Both the position numbers and the translations under genes were made by a program. Below, piece after piece: positions 1-8,806 of a stretch of DNA of 64,000 nucleotides. A model generated the notes under the pieces. It was not told the origin of the DNA, ran no database searches, and worked only from the letters and a program-made list of their open reading frames with translations. Where the stretch lies: the sequence record NC_061448.1; one strand, written 5' to 3'. Numbering within the stretch: position 1 is the stretch's first letter; each line of letters starts with the position of its first letter.

Positions 1-40
1 TTAGGCTGCCCCTTCTTTTCTCAATCTGGACTATCCAACA

Positions 41-2569
41 ATGGCGAAAACGAACAACAAGGCTGAGAAGAAAGCTGAGAAGAAAGCTAAAGTCAAAGCC
101 TCGAAGTCGAAAGACAAAGCAGTCGCAGCCGATGATATTGGCGGCGTGGAAGTATTAGGCTTTGACCTCGGCAGTATGATGGACGATGTGCTTGACGGCA
201 TCGAAAAGAAAACGAAAGTAAGTTCTGCTGATGCAGCACGACACGCCCCGCGTATCTCTACTGGTGTGCTTGCGCTCGACATGTACCTCGACGGCGGTAT
301 CGTACCTGGCGGTTGGTATACGTTCAGCGGCGGTGAGCAGTCGTGTAAGTCAACAATGACCATGAGTATTATGGCGAGCCTGATTCGCATGAAATACTCT
401 GGCATTAGCGTAGTGTTCGACTACGAAGGTTCGACTGATGCTGAATACGTTGCTGGCCAGCTCAAAACGTTTGGCGTTAAAGTCGATCCGAAAACAATCT
501 TCGGTGTACGTGACGAAGACGGCTCGTGGATCATCAAGCCGCGTATTCGTTACTACGCACCAGACAACGGTGAGCGCTTCTTCGATTACATGTCGATGCT
601 GCGTCGTCGTCTGCCTGACAAGATCGTTGAGAAAGACGGCTCCTCGTATTACCTCTTTGAGAACAACAAAGAGAACGCGAAGAAGCTGGCCGGTAAGTAC
701 GACAAGAAGTGGTTCAGTCGTAACAACCAGTTCAAAGTTCCTGCTGCTGATGGCCACATGCAAGCGGCTGTTATCGTTGACTCCTATCCGGCAATGCTGC
801 CTGATCAGGTAGATGACGATGACGGTTCAAAAGCAATGGCGCTGCAAGCGCGTATGTTCTCTGACGGCATCAAACGTTTCCGTGGTGGTATGCGTCGTAA
901 GATGATGACCATCGTTGGCGTTAACCAGTTGCGTCAGAAGCCTGCTGTTATGTTCGGTAGCCCTGAGTATGAGCCGGGTGGTGATGCGTTGAAGTTCTAC
1001 TGCTTCGACCGTGACACTCTGATTCGTACCGACCACGGCGTGCTGACTGCACCGCAGATCAAAGAGCTGATGGAAGCTGGCACCGAAGTTCGTGTTGAAT
1101 CGTTCGACGGTTATCAGAAGATTCAGGGTGCGTGGAAAGTCGAAGACGCTCCGTTCCCAATCGAAATGAATGCTGGTGGTCACACGTACATCGGCAGCGC
1201 AGAGCACCGTCAGTTCACGTTCATGTACGACTGGACAGCAGAAGGTATGATGGTTCTGCGTCCTGAGTGGAACACACTCGACCAGCTTGCTAAGTGGCCT
1301 GATAAGAAAGGTCAGTATGCAGGTCTGCGTATACCGCCAGTGAAAGAACTGAAACAGAACGTGCCTGACGCGTTCGACGATGCGAGCCAGCTTGTTCGTA
1401 ATCTTCTCGGTAACTGCGATCCTGTTAGCGTTCAACTGCCTCTGGCTGTTCACGGTGATGTTACCTACGCTGCGAACGTACTGACCATTGACACGGTTGG
1501 TGAAAGCACTGACGTTGATGACTTCTCGTTCTGGGCTAAGAAGCTGCTGGACATTGGTGTGTTTGCTTACGCTGATGAAAACGGTCTGCACATTCCCGGC
1601 CTGAACAAATACGAACTGACGCAAGCCGTAGAGCAATACGCTGAGGGCGAGTTCGTTGGTCTGTCATTCGATGCCACCAGCCGTCAACGTCAAACGCAGA
1701 TGTTGACTGTTATCGCTGATGTGTTCCCTGAACTGACTCGTTATGTTCTGGACTATCAGTTGCAGACAGGTGATGATAAAGTCTATCTGGCGCCTGAGCA
1801 TGACTTCGCACAAGCTCTCGACCTGATTCTGCATAAGCAGATTGAAGGTTACGATGACATGTATGACCTGCTGATGACTCAGCTTGCCTACGTTGAAGAC
1901 TGGTTCAACTTCGACAACTCGATTCTGCCTGTGCCGTTCACGTTGAAAGCGCTCGACAAGCCTGTTGAGTTCTGGGACGTGAACGTTGACGAAACCTCTG
2001 TGGTAATCACTAACGGCTTCGTATCGCATAACAGTGACGTGCGTGTTCGTCTGGCTTCTCGTGCAGTGCCTGAGGGTTGGCCGAAACTCAAAGACGCGCC
2101 GGGCGTTGTCGGTGAGAAGTCTGTTACTGTCGAAGGTGGTACTGACCGCTATCGTTTCATCGCTGCTAAGACCATCAAGAACAAGATGGGTGGCATCCCG
2201 AACCAGAGCACTTGGTTGCGTCTGTGGGAAGCTGACGGTAATGGTGAAGCGCGTGGCTTCGACCCAGTGTTCGATACGTGGCACTACCTGAAAGTTCTCG
2301 GCCTGATCAACGGCACACGTAAGAACTTCAAGATCAAAGCGCCTTGCCCTCTGGCTTCCGAAGTCAAGATGGACTGGGATGACTTCCGTACTCTTATCAA
2401 CGGCAGCAAAGAACAAGTTGTCGGCGTGTGTAAGAAACTGAAAGTCAAACCTGCTGGTCTGCGTCTGTGGTGCTTCAAGTTCGTGCAGTCTGCGAAAGGC
2501 AAAGAAATGTTGAAAGCGTCTATCAGTAAGTCTGCGAAGTCTTCTGATGATGACGGTGACGACGATTAA
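41..2569 (+). CDS. recA: RecA/UvsX-type recombinase precursor containing an intein (about 498 aa after splicing)
   Basis: RISTGVLALDMYLDGGIVPG, deviant Walker A SGGEQSCKST, Walker B VIVDS, MALQARMFS, NQLRQKPAVMFGSPEYEPGGDALKFY, KTIKNK; K/A-rich N-tail and acidic C-tail. Confidence 0.93.
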   Translation: MAKTNNKAEKKAEKKAKVKASKSKDKAVAADDIGGVEVLGFDLGSMMDDVLDGIEKKTKVSSADAARHAPRISTGVLALDMYLDGGIVPGGWYTFSGGEQSCKSTMTMSIMASLIRMKYSGISVVFDYEGSTDAEYVAGQLKTFGVKVDPKTIFGVRDEDGSWIIKPRIRYYAPDNGERFFDYMSMLRRRLPDKIVEKDGSSYYLFENNKENAKKLAGKYDKKWFSRNNQFKVPAADGHMQAAVIVDSYPAMLPDQVDDDDGSKAMALQARMFSDGIKRFRGGMRRKMMTIVGVNQLRQKPAVMFGSPEYEPGGDALKFYCFDRDTLIRTDHGVLTAPQIKELMEAGTEVRVESFDGYQKIQGAWKVEDAPFPIEMNAGGHTYIGSAEHRQFTFMYDWTAEGMMVLRPEWNTLDQLAKWPDKKGQYAGLRIPPVKELKQNVPDAFDDASQLVRNLLGNCDPVSVQLPLAVHGDVTYAANVLTIDTVGESTDVDDFSFWAKKLLDIGVFAYADENGLHIPGLNKYELTQAVEQYAEGEFVGLSFDATSRQRQTQMLTVIADVFPELTRYVLDYQLQTGDDKVYLAPEHDFAQALDLILHKQIEGYDDMYDLLMTQLAYVEDWFNFDNSILPVPFTLKALDKPVEFWDVNVDETSVVITNGFVSHNSDVRVRLASRAVPEGWPKLKDAPGVVGEKSVTVEGGTDRYRFIAAKTIKNKMGGIPNQSTWLRLWEADGNGEARGFDPVFDTWHYLKVLGLINGTRKNFKIKAPCPLASEVKMDWDDFRTLINGSKEQVVGVCKKLKVKPAGLRLWCFKFVQSAKGKEMLKASISKSAKSSDDDGDDD
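1001..2032 (+). mobile_element. Intein (344 aa) in RecA, residues 321-664
   Basis: Begins CFDRDTLI after ALKFY; block B-like GSAEH; ends FWDVNVDETSVVITNGFVSHN followed by Ser(+1); removal restores the RecA motif ALKFY-SDVRVR. Confidence 0.9.
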
Positions 2570-2576
2570 TAAATTC

Positions 2577-2600
2577 GGGAGGGCTTCGGCTCTCCCTTTT
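2577..2600 (+). terminator. Rho-independent terminator after recA
   Basis: GGGAGGGC-TTCG-GCTCTCCC-TTTT. Confidence 0.85.
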
Positions 2601-2618
2601 CCCGTGTAAGGAGAACCA

Positions 2619-3041
2619 ATGCGTACTCAAATCTTTACTGCTGATATTGTCAATCTCGAAACCGTAACTGTCAACGAAGAAGACGGTTCAGAGATTCGTA
2701 CACCGACAATCGTGCCTAACGTTGAAGGCGAAATGACTGTTGGTGTTAACGAGCTGGTGGGTCTGTCGAATGGCATTACCGAGCATCCTGACTCTGACTG
2801 CCGCCTGATCGTTATCGTGTCGCCTGATGCAACGCCTGTGTTCTACGACGATGCACTGGCGAACTACTTCGATCCAATCGAGCGCGTAGCTGATATTGAA
2901 GCTGGCAACATCGGTAGCATTGTCGGTATGCAGGTCATTCGTGGTCTGCAAGCAGAACATCCTTACGTTGCAGTTGTCGAAGTGCGTGACGCTGATACCG
3001 TAGAGATTCTGCGTTACAACGCGTCTGTAGTGAAACTGTAA
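2619..3041 (+). CDS. Hypothetical protein (140 aa)
   Basis: SD AAGGAG, phage-typical codon usage. Confidence 0.8.
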   Translation: MRTQIFTADIVNLETVTVNEEDGSEIRTPTIVPNVEGEMTVGVNELVGLSNGITEHPDSDCRLIVIVSPDATPVFYDDALANYFDPIERVADIEAGNIGSIVGMQVIRGLQAEHPYVAVVEVRDADTVEILRYNASVVKL

Positions 3042-3075
3042 ATATCAAGTGGGAGGCATACTCCCACTATCTCTC

Positions 3076-3135
3076 GCTTGATAGGCAATGCGCCACAAGC
3101 AAACAACCTAACTCGATAGGCAATGCGCCAGGAGT
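3076..3135 (+). repeat. Tandem 16-nt direct repeat GATAGGCAATGCGCCA, each copy enclosed in a stem, in the leader of the 3141 ORF
   Basis: Copies at 3080-3095 and 3115-3130; flanked by GCTTG/CAAGC and ACTC/GAGT; the second stem pairs with the SD. Confidence 0.8.
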
Positions 3136-3140
3136 GATTT

Positions 3141-3842
3141 ATGAAAAAGATTCAGACCAACTTTATACCGACCGAAGCACTGCATGGTCTTATTCACGGT
3201 TACGCTCGTCAGGCTAAACTGCCAGATGCTGCGAGCAAGACGTTGTTCTACGTTGACGTCACCGAACGTGGTGCTAACGATGCACTGTACTCTATTCTTC
3301 GCCGTGAGATTCCATCAAACATCGTCGGTACTGCATACGATTCCATTGTTAGTTTCCGTGGACACACAGCACCTGCCCAACTTCCTATCGTGCTGTCTGA
3401 AAGTTTATTCCACATAAGTTTAGAGAGACTCTCTAGTTCTCTGGCTGGCATCTTTGATGCTCTTGGTCGCACCGTGCATACGAACGACACGCAGATCACT
3501 ATCTATGGTGAACCTGCGATTGAGAAACTTCTGGCGGTTGTCCGAGACACTCAGTTTAAGAGCTTCTTGGACGTATGTAATCCGGAACTCGCCTGTGGTG
3601 ACTTCGACCTACAGTCTAATATCACTGTAGACAACTTTGTGTCTATGGCAATCGACCCTGACTTTGAAAAGCGCATTCAGGAAATGCCTGCAACAACGTA
3701 CACGTTTGGCCGTGACTTCATGTTCATGCACTATGAAGACCTGCACAAAGTCATCCAGATGCTACGTAGATATAAAAAGAATTGTACGCTGCATCCAGAC
3801 TTAATGCGCTATTACTTCATGAACGTAATCTGTAAATACTGA
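3141..3842 (+). CDS. Hypothetical protein (233 aa)
   Basis: SD GGAG at 3131; long ORF. Confidence 0.8.
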   Translation: MKKIQTNFIPTEALHGLIHGYARQAKLPDAASKTLFYVDVTERGANDALYSILRREIPSNIVGTAYDSIVSFRGHTAPAQLPIVLSESLFHISLERLSSSLAGIFDALGRTVHTNDTQITIYGEPAIEKLLAVVRDTQFKSFLDVCNPELACGDFDLQSNITVDNFVSMAIDPDFEKRIQEMPATTYTFGRDFMFMHYEDLHKVIQMLRRYKKNCTLHPDLMRYYFMNVICKY

Positions 3843-3889
3843 TCAACAACCGAACACATTGCTGTGTGTAGTCTTTGCCTATTTGGGCA

Positions 3890-3922
3890 GGGGAGAGCCG
3901 GATGGCCTCCCCATTTTTTTTT
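3890..3922 (+). terminator. Rho-independent terminator
   Basis: GGGGAG...CTCCCC stem followed by T9. Confidence 0.85.
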
Positions 3923-3945
3923 GTCTGCACCAGTAGGAGATCAGT

Positions 3946-4938
3946 ATGTCTAAATCAACACCTCAAACGTTTCTCGATCTATTCCTGAAAGACGTTAGAA
4001 AGTTTCTGCCTATGTTCGACAAAGGCCTCGACGCACACTTCTTAAAGTGCAAAGGCAAGCCTGGTCAGTCTGGTGTGTCGTTGCATCAATATCTCAAGTG
4101 GTTGAGTCCTATCGCCAAGCCACCAGAAGACGCGAGCAAACTCGCCGTAGTCATCTCTGGGTATCTGCATTACTTCTGGCAGTTGTCTAAACCAAACTTC
4201 GTGTTTGAGCCGGTGCTGATGAATCACATGGCCGATTCGGAATTGCCTGAAACGATACCTGCTGAGATACTGCAACGCCTTCCGTATTGGTGTCAGTGGA
4301 TAACGCTGCCTATTAATCTTGCGACTGCTGAGAACACACTGCGGTTAGATTTTGATGGGGCCTTCGTAGGCTATACCGAGATCGAAAGACGACCTGCGCT
4401 TGTTCTCGTCGCACCTTTTGTTTCTTCTGATGATAGCATCAAAACGAATGGCTTCACACCTTCGGTAACATCTTACGTCTATCTGGATGAACCTGTTAAT
4501 CACCTTTCGTTTGTGAAGAACAGCCATCTACTCAACGTCAGTGGCCGAATGCCTGATGTGTTCTTTCGTGAACTGATGTTTGGTGCGTATCACTACATAA
4601 CCAAGATTGTTAACTGCGTCATGTATATCTGCTCGCAGCAGCACGCGTTGTACCAAGAAGGTCACGCTCAACCTAAGCCGCAACGTTTAGGCAAAAGCTA
4701 TCGCATCACACCTCCGAAAACTGATCGCAGGATCACGGTGGGTGCTGAGATGACCAAGATTCTCAAAGACTTCGAAGCAGAAGTCGAAGCGTGTACTCGC
4801 GCTTTCAATGGGCGTAAGCCGCATATACGGAAAGCGCATTACCATCACTTCTGGACAGGACCGAGAGTAGGTGTTCGTAGCCTTGTCTGCAAGTGGTTGC
4901 CACCAAGTATTGTTCGCGGCTCTGTCGTAGAACAATAA
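3946..4938 (+). CDS. AcrVA2-family-like protein (330 aa)
   Basis: ELPETIPAEILQRLPYWC and C-terminal RKPHIRKAHYHHFWTGP...KWLPPSIV parallel the AcrVA2 motifs as I recall them (ELPDDTPTSIFLNLPDWC; KRPHIRRGHWHGYWQG...RWQPAVFV); similar length. Confidence 0.7.
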   Translation: MSKSTPQTFLDLFLKDVRKFLPMFDKGLDAHFLKCKGKPGQSGVSLHQYLKWLSPIAKPPEDASKLAVVISGYLHYFWQLSKPNFVFEPVLMNHMADSELPETIPAEILQRLPYWCQWITLPINLATAENTLRLDFDGAFVGYTEIERRPALVLVAPFVSSDDSIKTNGFTPSVTSYVYLDEPVNHLSFVKNSHLLNVSGRMPDVFFRELMFGAYHYITKIVNCVMYICSQQHALYQEGHAQPKPQRLGKSYRITPPKTDRRITVGAEMTKILKDFEAEVEACTRAFNGRKPHIRKAHYHHFWTGPRVGVRSLVCKWLPPSIVRGSVVEQ

Positions 4939-4983
4939 CTTTTATCTCAACTCCATGTATGGGCGTTATGCCCGGAGGCTATT

Positions 4984-5751
4984 ATGAAATCTCGTGTACA
5001 ACATGCGTATATCCCTGATATGGGATCGTTTGACCCTTACGTCCGTTCTCTGTGTCATATGGCGCGAGCATTGGAAAACAACGGTCTGAACTACGGTAAG
5101 CTGAAACCTGTCGTGATCATCGGCACTTCGAAACGTGTAGTTGAGGCCTACGTTAAGCAGTTACTCAACACAAACAATTTGCCGAACACTCTTATTTGCT
5201 TTGGTGTAGACGAACCACCTATCAGCCATCGGGATTATACCTACGCTGGCTCCCACGTTGTGCTCATGCACGATCTAACGTATGTGGACAACGGTACAAT
5301 GAACAAGGTTGCCACACGCGTTCTCGAAATCATCGACAGCCTGAAACAGAAAGAGGGCGATACTGACCTAAAAAATAGTGAGCTGTCTTTGGTGTACTCG
5401 AACCCACACTTATGGTCTGCTATTCTTGATTACGGCGCTGCTTCATTTATGAACATGTCTGGACGTAATATCGAATACCGCAGTGGCTTGGTTTCATCGG
5501 TAGGACTCGACGCACTGATGAAGTGCGAAAGCAATCAAGAATACCACGACCTTCGCGCAGAAACTATTACGATCGGCCTGGAGTTCTTCTGCATACGCAC
5601 AGACTACCTGCTGACCAAAGTGCATAACTTGTTGTGGTCGCTCGCGTGTGATGACTGCAAGTTCAAAAAGAACCATCGCGTCATCTTCCATGAAGACTTC
5701 CGTCGCTTATTCTTTGAGGAATACATCCTAAGGGACTTCAAGGGCTTTTAA
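4984..5751 (+). CDS. Hypothetical protein (255 aa)
   Basis: SD GGAGG, long ORF. Confidence 0.8.
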   Translation: MKSRVQHAYIPDMGSFDPYVRSLCHMARALENNGLNYGKLKPVVIIGTSKRVVEAYVKQLLNTNNLPNTLICFGVDEPPISHRDYTYAGSHVVLMHDLTYVDNGTMNKVATRVLEIIDSLKQKEGDTDLKNSELSLVYSNPHLWSAILDYGAASFMNMSGRNIEYRSGLVSSVGLDALMKCESNQEYHDLRAETITIGLEFFCIRTDYLLTKVHNLLWSLACDDCKFKKNHRVIFHEDFRRLFFEEYILRDFKGF

Positions 5752-5824
5752 GAATATTCTTAGCCTGCTCTCTAATTTCTATATGTTGGCAAGTAGTGCT
5801 GACGTATCGTTATTGGAGAATAAC

Positions 5825-6085
5825 ATGTGCGGACGTAGCCTAATACGGTTGAAGTACAACGCACGGTCCTCGAACTGGTGCAATAATAAAGTAAACGCTT
5901 GTAGTGAGCGGAAGGCGAAGAATGTCCAGTGCGAACAATTCTTGGAAGCAACCAAAGATTGTCGCTCGGAGCAGAAGTCGTCAAGTGTAGTCTCTTTCTT
6001 CCGAGGTCATGAGCTGGTGGGTCAGGCGATATGGCATGAGATAGAGGGTGACAACACACTTCAATTCCGGTTGCTACTTGCTTAA
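5825..6085 (+). CDS. Possible small Cys-containing protein (86 aa), atypical codon usage
   Basis: GGAG SD upstream of ATG 5825; stop directly precedes a terminator; many rare codons. Confidence 0.4.
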   Translation: MCGRSLIRLKYNARSSNWCNNKVNACSERKAKNVQCEQFLEATKDCRSEQKSSSVVSFFRGHELVGQAIWHEIEGDNTLQFRLLLA

Positions 6086-6089
6086 CGAT

Positions 6090-6124
6090 AAAAGGGCTTT
6101 CAGAGAACATCTGATGGCCCTTTT
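6090..6124 (+). terminator. Terminator (potentially bidirectional)
   Basis: AAAAGGGC...TCAGA/TCTGA...GCCCTTTT. Confidence 0.75.
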
Positions 6125-6183
6125 CTTATTCTAACGCTAATTTTGACCTGTCAATAAACACAAACCGAACTCGGGGTACTCAC

Positions 6184-7821
6184 ATGTCTTTGATTAAAAT
6201 TCAAGGCGTAGCATCCACCTCTGCTCCTTCCAAAGCGCAGAAAGATGCCGCCGTATATATGTTTGGCTCTAAGGGCCATTCGATTGTCGCAGTGCTCGAC
6301 AAGTTCAGTCGTGCAAAAGAACTGCGTACCGCACATCTCGATGGTCTGCTCAAGCTGATGAAAGACGGTGAAGATGACGAGATCATCAAGTTCACCGCAT
6401 CTGCTGCCGGTAAGAAATCCCTCGCTGCTGCTAAAGCGTTTGCTGTTGCGAAAACCCTGACTGCTTCCATCAAAGCGCTGAAACTGATTCGCGTCCCTGT
6501 TAAGTGGATCGAAGGTCACTCTGATGTTGCTGCGGCTCGCGCTCAGGAAACAAAAGAGATTCGCGCACGTCGTACTGCTGGCAACAAACCTGAGAAGCCG
6601 ATTAAGCTCGACAACCCAGGCGCACCTGAATCTACCACCGTAGACAACAAAGTAATCGACGCGAAGAAAGGCTCTGCTACGCCTGCTACTGATGATGTGA
6701 GCGTCATTTCGAACGTGGTGTACAACAAGTCTGTTGGCGTTAATTCGATTGTAATTAATCGAATCTTCAAAGGACGTCAAGTCACCAACTCTCTGATGTT
6801 TAGAAAAGGTGTTGGCGATCAGGCTTCTCAACTGGGCTTGTCTTCTCACGGTGATGGCCACGAACAGGGTGCTGGCCTGTTGCGAGATGCGTTCAAGGCT
6901 ACTGGTGTCAAGCCTGTTTGGTACTTAGCTGATGCTGGCGATGCTGCTTTCGATCTTGGCGATGCTGCAAACGTAACCAAGGTGTTTAATTGGTTGAAAG
7001 CACGAAAAGTCGGCATGACTTTTGATGCAAAAGCGAAGTTACCTAAATCAGGTAAAGTACCTGCTGGCGCATCGAGAATTGTTCGAAATAATATCGGCGC
7101 TGCGCGTGTTCCATCTAAAGAAGAAATCAACACAATGACCTTTGACTTTGTTAAAGGTAAGAGCACAGGTAAAGATTCCGTAGAACTGACATTCAAACAG
7201 CCCGCGAACGGTCATGAGTGGATGCTGCATCTCTCACGTCAGAATGACTTCATTGCAAGTGAGCATGACGGTTCTTCCGGCTATCAAACCGCAGAATCGT
7301 TCCTGCAACGCGGTGTTGCCGCTATCGGTGGTTCTCTTGTGTGGCAACACCAACAGCCAGGCAGCGCGAGCTTCAAATTTGCAAGCGAAGATCAGGCTAA
7401 ACAGTTTATGTCGTGGGTTAAAAAGCAGAAGACCCAAACAATTAACTATAAAACCGAGCCAAAACTTACAGTGACTAAAACTGCGGGTCACGTACCGACC
7501 AACAAGTCCGACATTACGCTGGTGGATGAACTGGCCGAAGTGACCGCACGTAAGATCGCCGCTAAACCGCTACAGGCGCGTGAAGAATATTTCAATGCGC
7601 TGCGTAATGTGTTGCAGAAAAATCTGCCGAACACTGTTGTGTCTACTGTGTCTAACGGCGTCACTGTTGTTGGTAAACGTGACTACGTTGTTTATCTCGA
7701 CAACAATACGTGGAACATCAAAGTCGGTGTTACTGGCAAGCCTAAGAAGATTGGTGCAACGTTCGATGTTGTCGATCTGCTGGGTATGCTTGACAAGAGC
7801 ATTCTGCGTCCTAAAGCATAA
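6184..7821 (+). CDS. Hypothetical K/A-rich multidomain protein (545 aa)
   Basis: Long ORF with highly expressed codon bias, flanked by terminators. Confidence 0.85.
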   Translation: MSLIKIQGVASTSAPSKAQKDAAVYMFGSKGHSIVAVLDKFSRAKELRTAHLDGLLKLMKDGEDDEIIKFTASAAGKKSLAAAKAFAVAKTLTASIKALKLIRVPVKWIEGHSDVAAARAQETKEIRARRTAGNKPEKPIKLDNPGAPESTTVDNKVIDAKKGSATPATDDVSVISNVVYNKSVGVNSIVINRIFKGRQVTNSLMFRKGVGDQASQLGLSSHGDGHEQGAGLLRDAFKATGVKPVWYLADAGDAAFDLGDAANVTKVFNWLKARKVGMTFDAKAKLPKSGKVPAGASRIVRNNIGAARVPSKEEINTMTFDFVKGKSTGKDSVELTFKQPANGHEWMLHLSRQNDFIASEHDGSSGYQTAESFLQRGVAAIGGSLVWQHQQPGSASFKFASEDQAKQFMSWVKKQKTQTINYKTEPKLTVTKTAGHVPTNKSDITLVDELAEVTARKIAAKPLQAREEYFNALRNVLQKNLPNTVVSTVSNGVTVVGKRDYVVYLDNNTWNIKVGVTGKPKKIGATFDVVDLLGMLDKSILRPKA

Positions 7822-7823
7822 TC

Positions 7824-7851
7824 AAAGGGGTGGCTTCGGCTGCCCTTTTTT
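7824..7851 (+). terminator. Rho-independent terminator
   Basis: AAAGGGGTGGC-TTCG-GCTGCCCTTT-TTT. Confidence 0.85.
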
Positions 7852-7930
7852 ACGTCTAAATGCCCTGAATTTCACTTAACTCAAATCGAGACTTAACTCA
7901 AACTCAGACGCCCTACGATCTGCGAAGTCT

Positions 7931-7984
7931 GCAAATAACTGGACAAAATAGCTCTTTATATACACACGCGACCTATGATACAAT
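7931..7984 (+). promoter_or_regulatory. Conserved phage promoter, copy 1
   Basis: GCAAATAACTGGACAAAAT box; 33 nt from TGGACA to TG-A-TACAAT. Confidence 0.85.
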
Positions 7985-8037
7985 ATATGCAGACGCTGCA
8001 TGTCGTAGCGCATACAACTACTGCCAAGGGGCATACA

Positions 8038-8736
8038 ATGAAAGCAGCAAACTTTGATAAAGCATTCAACGCGAAAGACGAAGCAATTCTGAACGCATAC
8101 GCAGACAAAATTGTTGCGGCGCTTAACGAACTGGAACGTTACGACCTGAAGATTCAAATCATCTTTGGTACCGACCCGTACAGCGAGTGCCCTGACTTCG
8201 TTAACGACCCGAACGGTTTTCGTGTCACACAGAACGGCGAAGAAATTTTTGATATTTACACGCCGACTGAAAAACAAGTTGAAGGTGATTCGTCTGATGT
8301 TTTCATCTACGCATCGATCACTGGCGTCGAAGCCGCGAAGTGGGGCAAGGACGTTTCTGATAATGACGTCGAAGAAATTGCCGCTGACCTGAACGAAGAA
8401 ATCGAACGTGCTGCCCGCGTGTTCAATGAATCTGATCGCCCGATGCTGCAACAACTCGCAGACGACCTGAACGCGAAAATGAAACGTACCGACGCTCGCG
8501 TGATCGTTACTAACGGTGCCGAAGACAATTTGATTGTTATGGTCGTGGGTTATGAAGACGGTGAAGTCAGCGACGAGTATGGTTTCTTCTTAGACCTGCC
8601 TTACACTGACGAAGCGGGCGAAGACGAGAATTACGTTCTGCACTATGCGGGTTACCCTGATATGAACGACTACACGTTCCGCACTGTTGACCTCGGCCAG
8701 CTCTCTGCTGCAATCGAAGAACTCGACCTGCTGTAA
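8038..8736 (+). CDS. Highly acidic hypothetical protein (232 aa)
   Basis: First ORF after promoter 1; SD AAGGGG; D/E-rich throughout. Confidence 0.85.
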   Translation: MKAANFDKAFNAKDEAILNAYADKIVAALNELERYDLKIQIIFGTDPYSECPDFVNDPNGFRVTQNGEEIFDIYTPTEKQVEGDSSDVFIYASITGVEAAKWGKDVSDNDVEEIAADLNEEIERAARVFNESDRPMLQQLADDLNAKMKRTDARVIVTNGAEDNLIVMVVGYEDGEVSDEYGFFLDLPYTDEAGEDENYVLHYAGYPDMNDYTFRTVDLGQLSAAIEELDLL

Positions 8737-8751
8737 TCGCTAACTAACAAT

Positions 8752-8806
8752 GACTGCGGGGTTACGGCCCCGCCTACTTACTTCTATAGAGAGACACGAC
8801 CATGAC
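8752..8806 (+). repeat. Leader cassette A1 (hairpin plus AGAGAGACACGAC RBS), homologous to 10322-10377
   Basis: GACTGCGGGG-TTACGG-CCCCGC...AGAGAGACACGACCATGAC. Confidence 0.75.

Noticed and set aside
3080-3130. Mini-CRISPR array (two identical repeats)
   Set aside because: There are only two 16-nt repeats with a 19-nt spacer and no cas genes. Context fits an RNA operator.
5825-6085. SRAP/YedK peptidase because of the MCGR start
   Set aside because: The ORF is far too short and lacks the other SRAP motifs.
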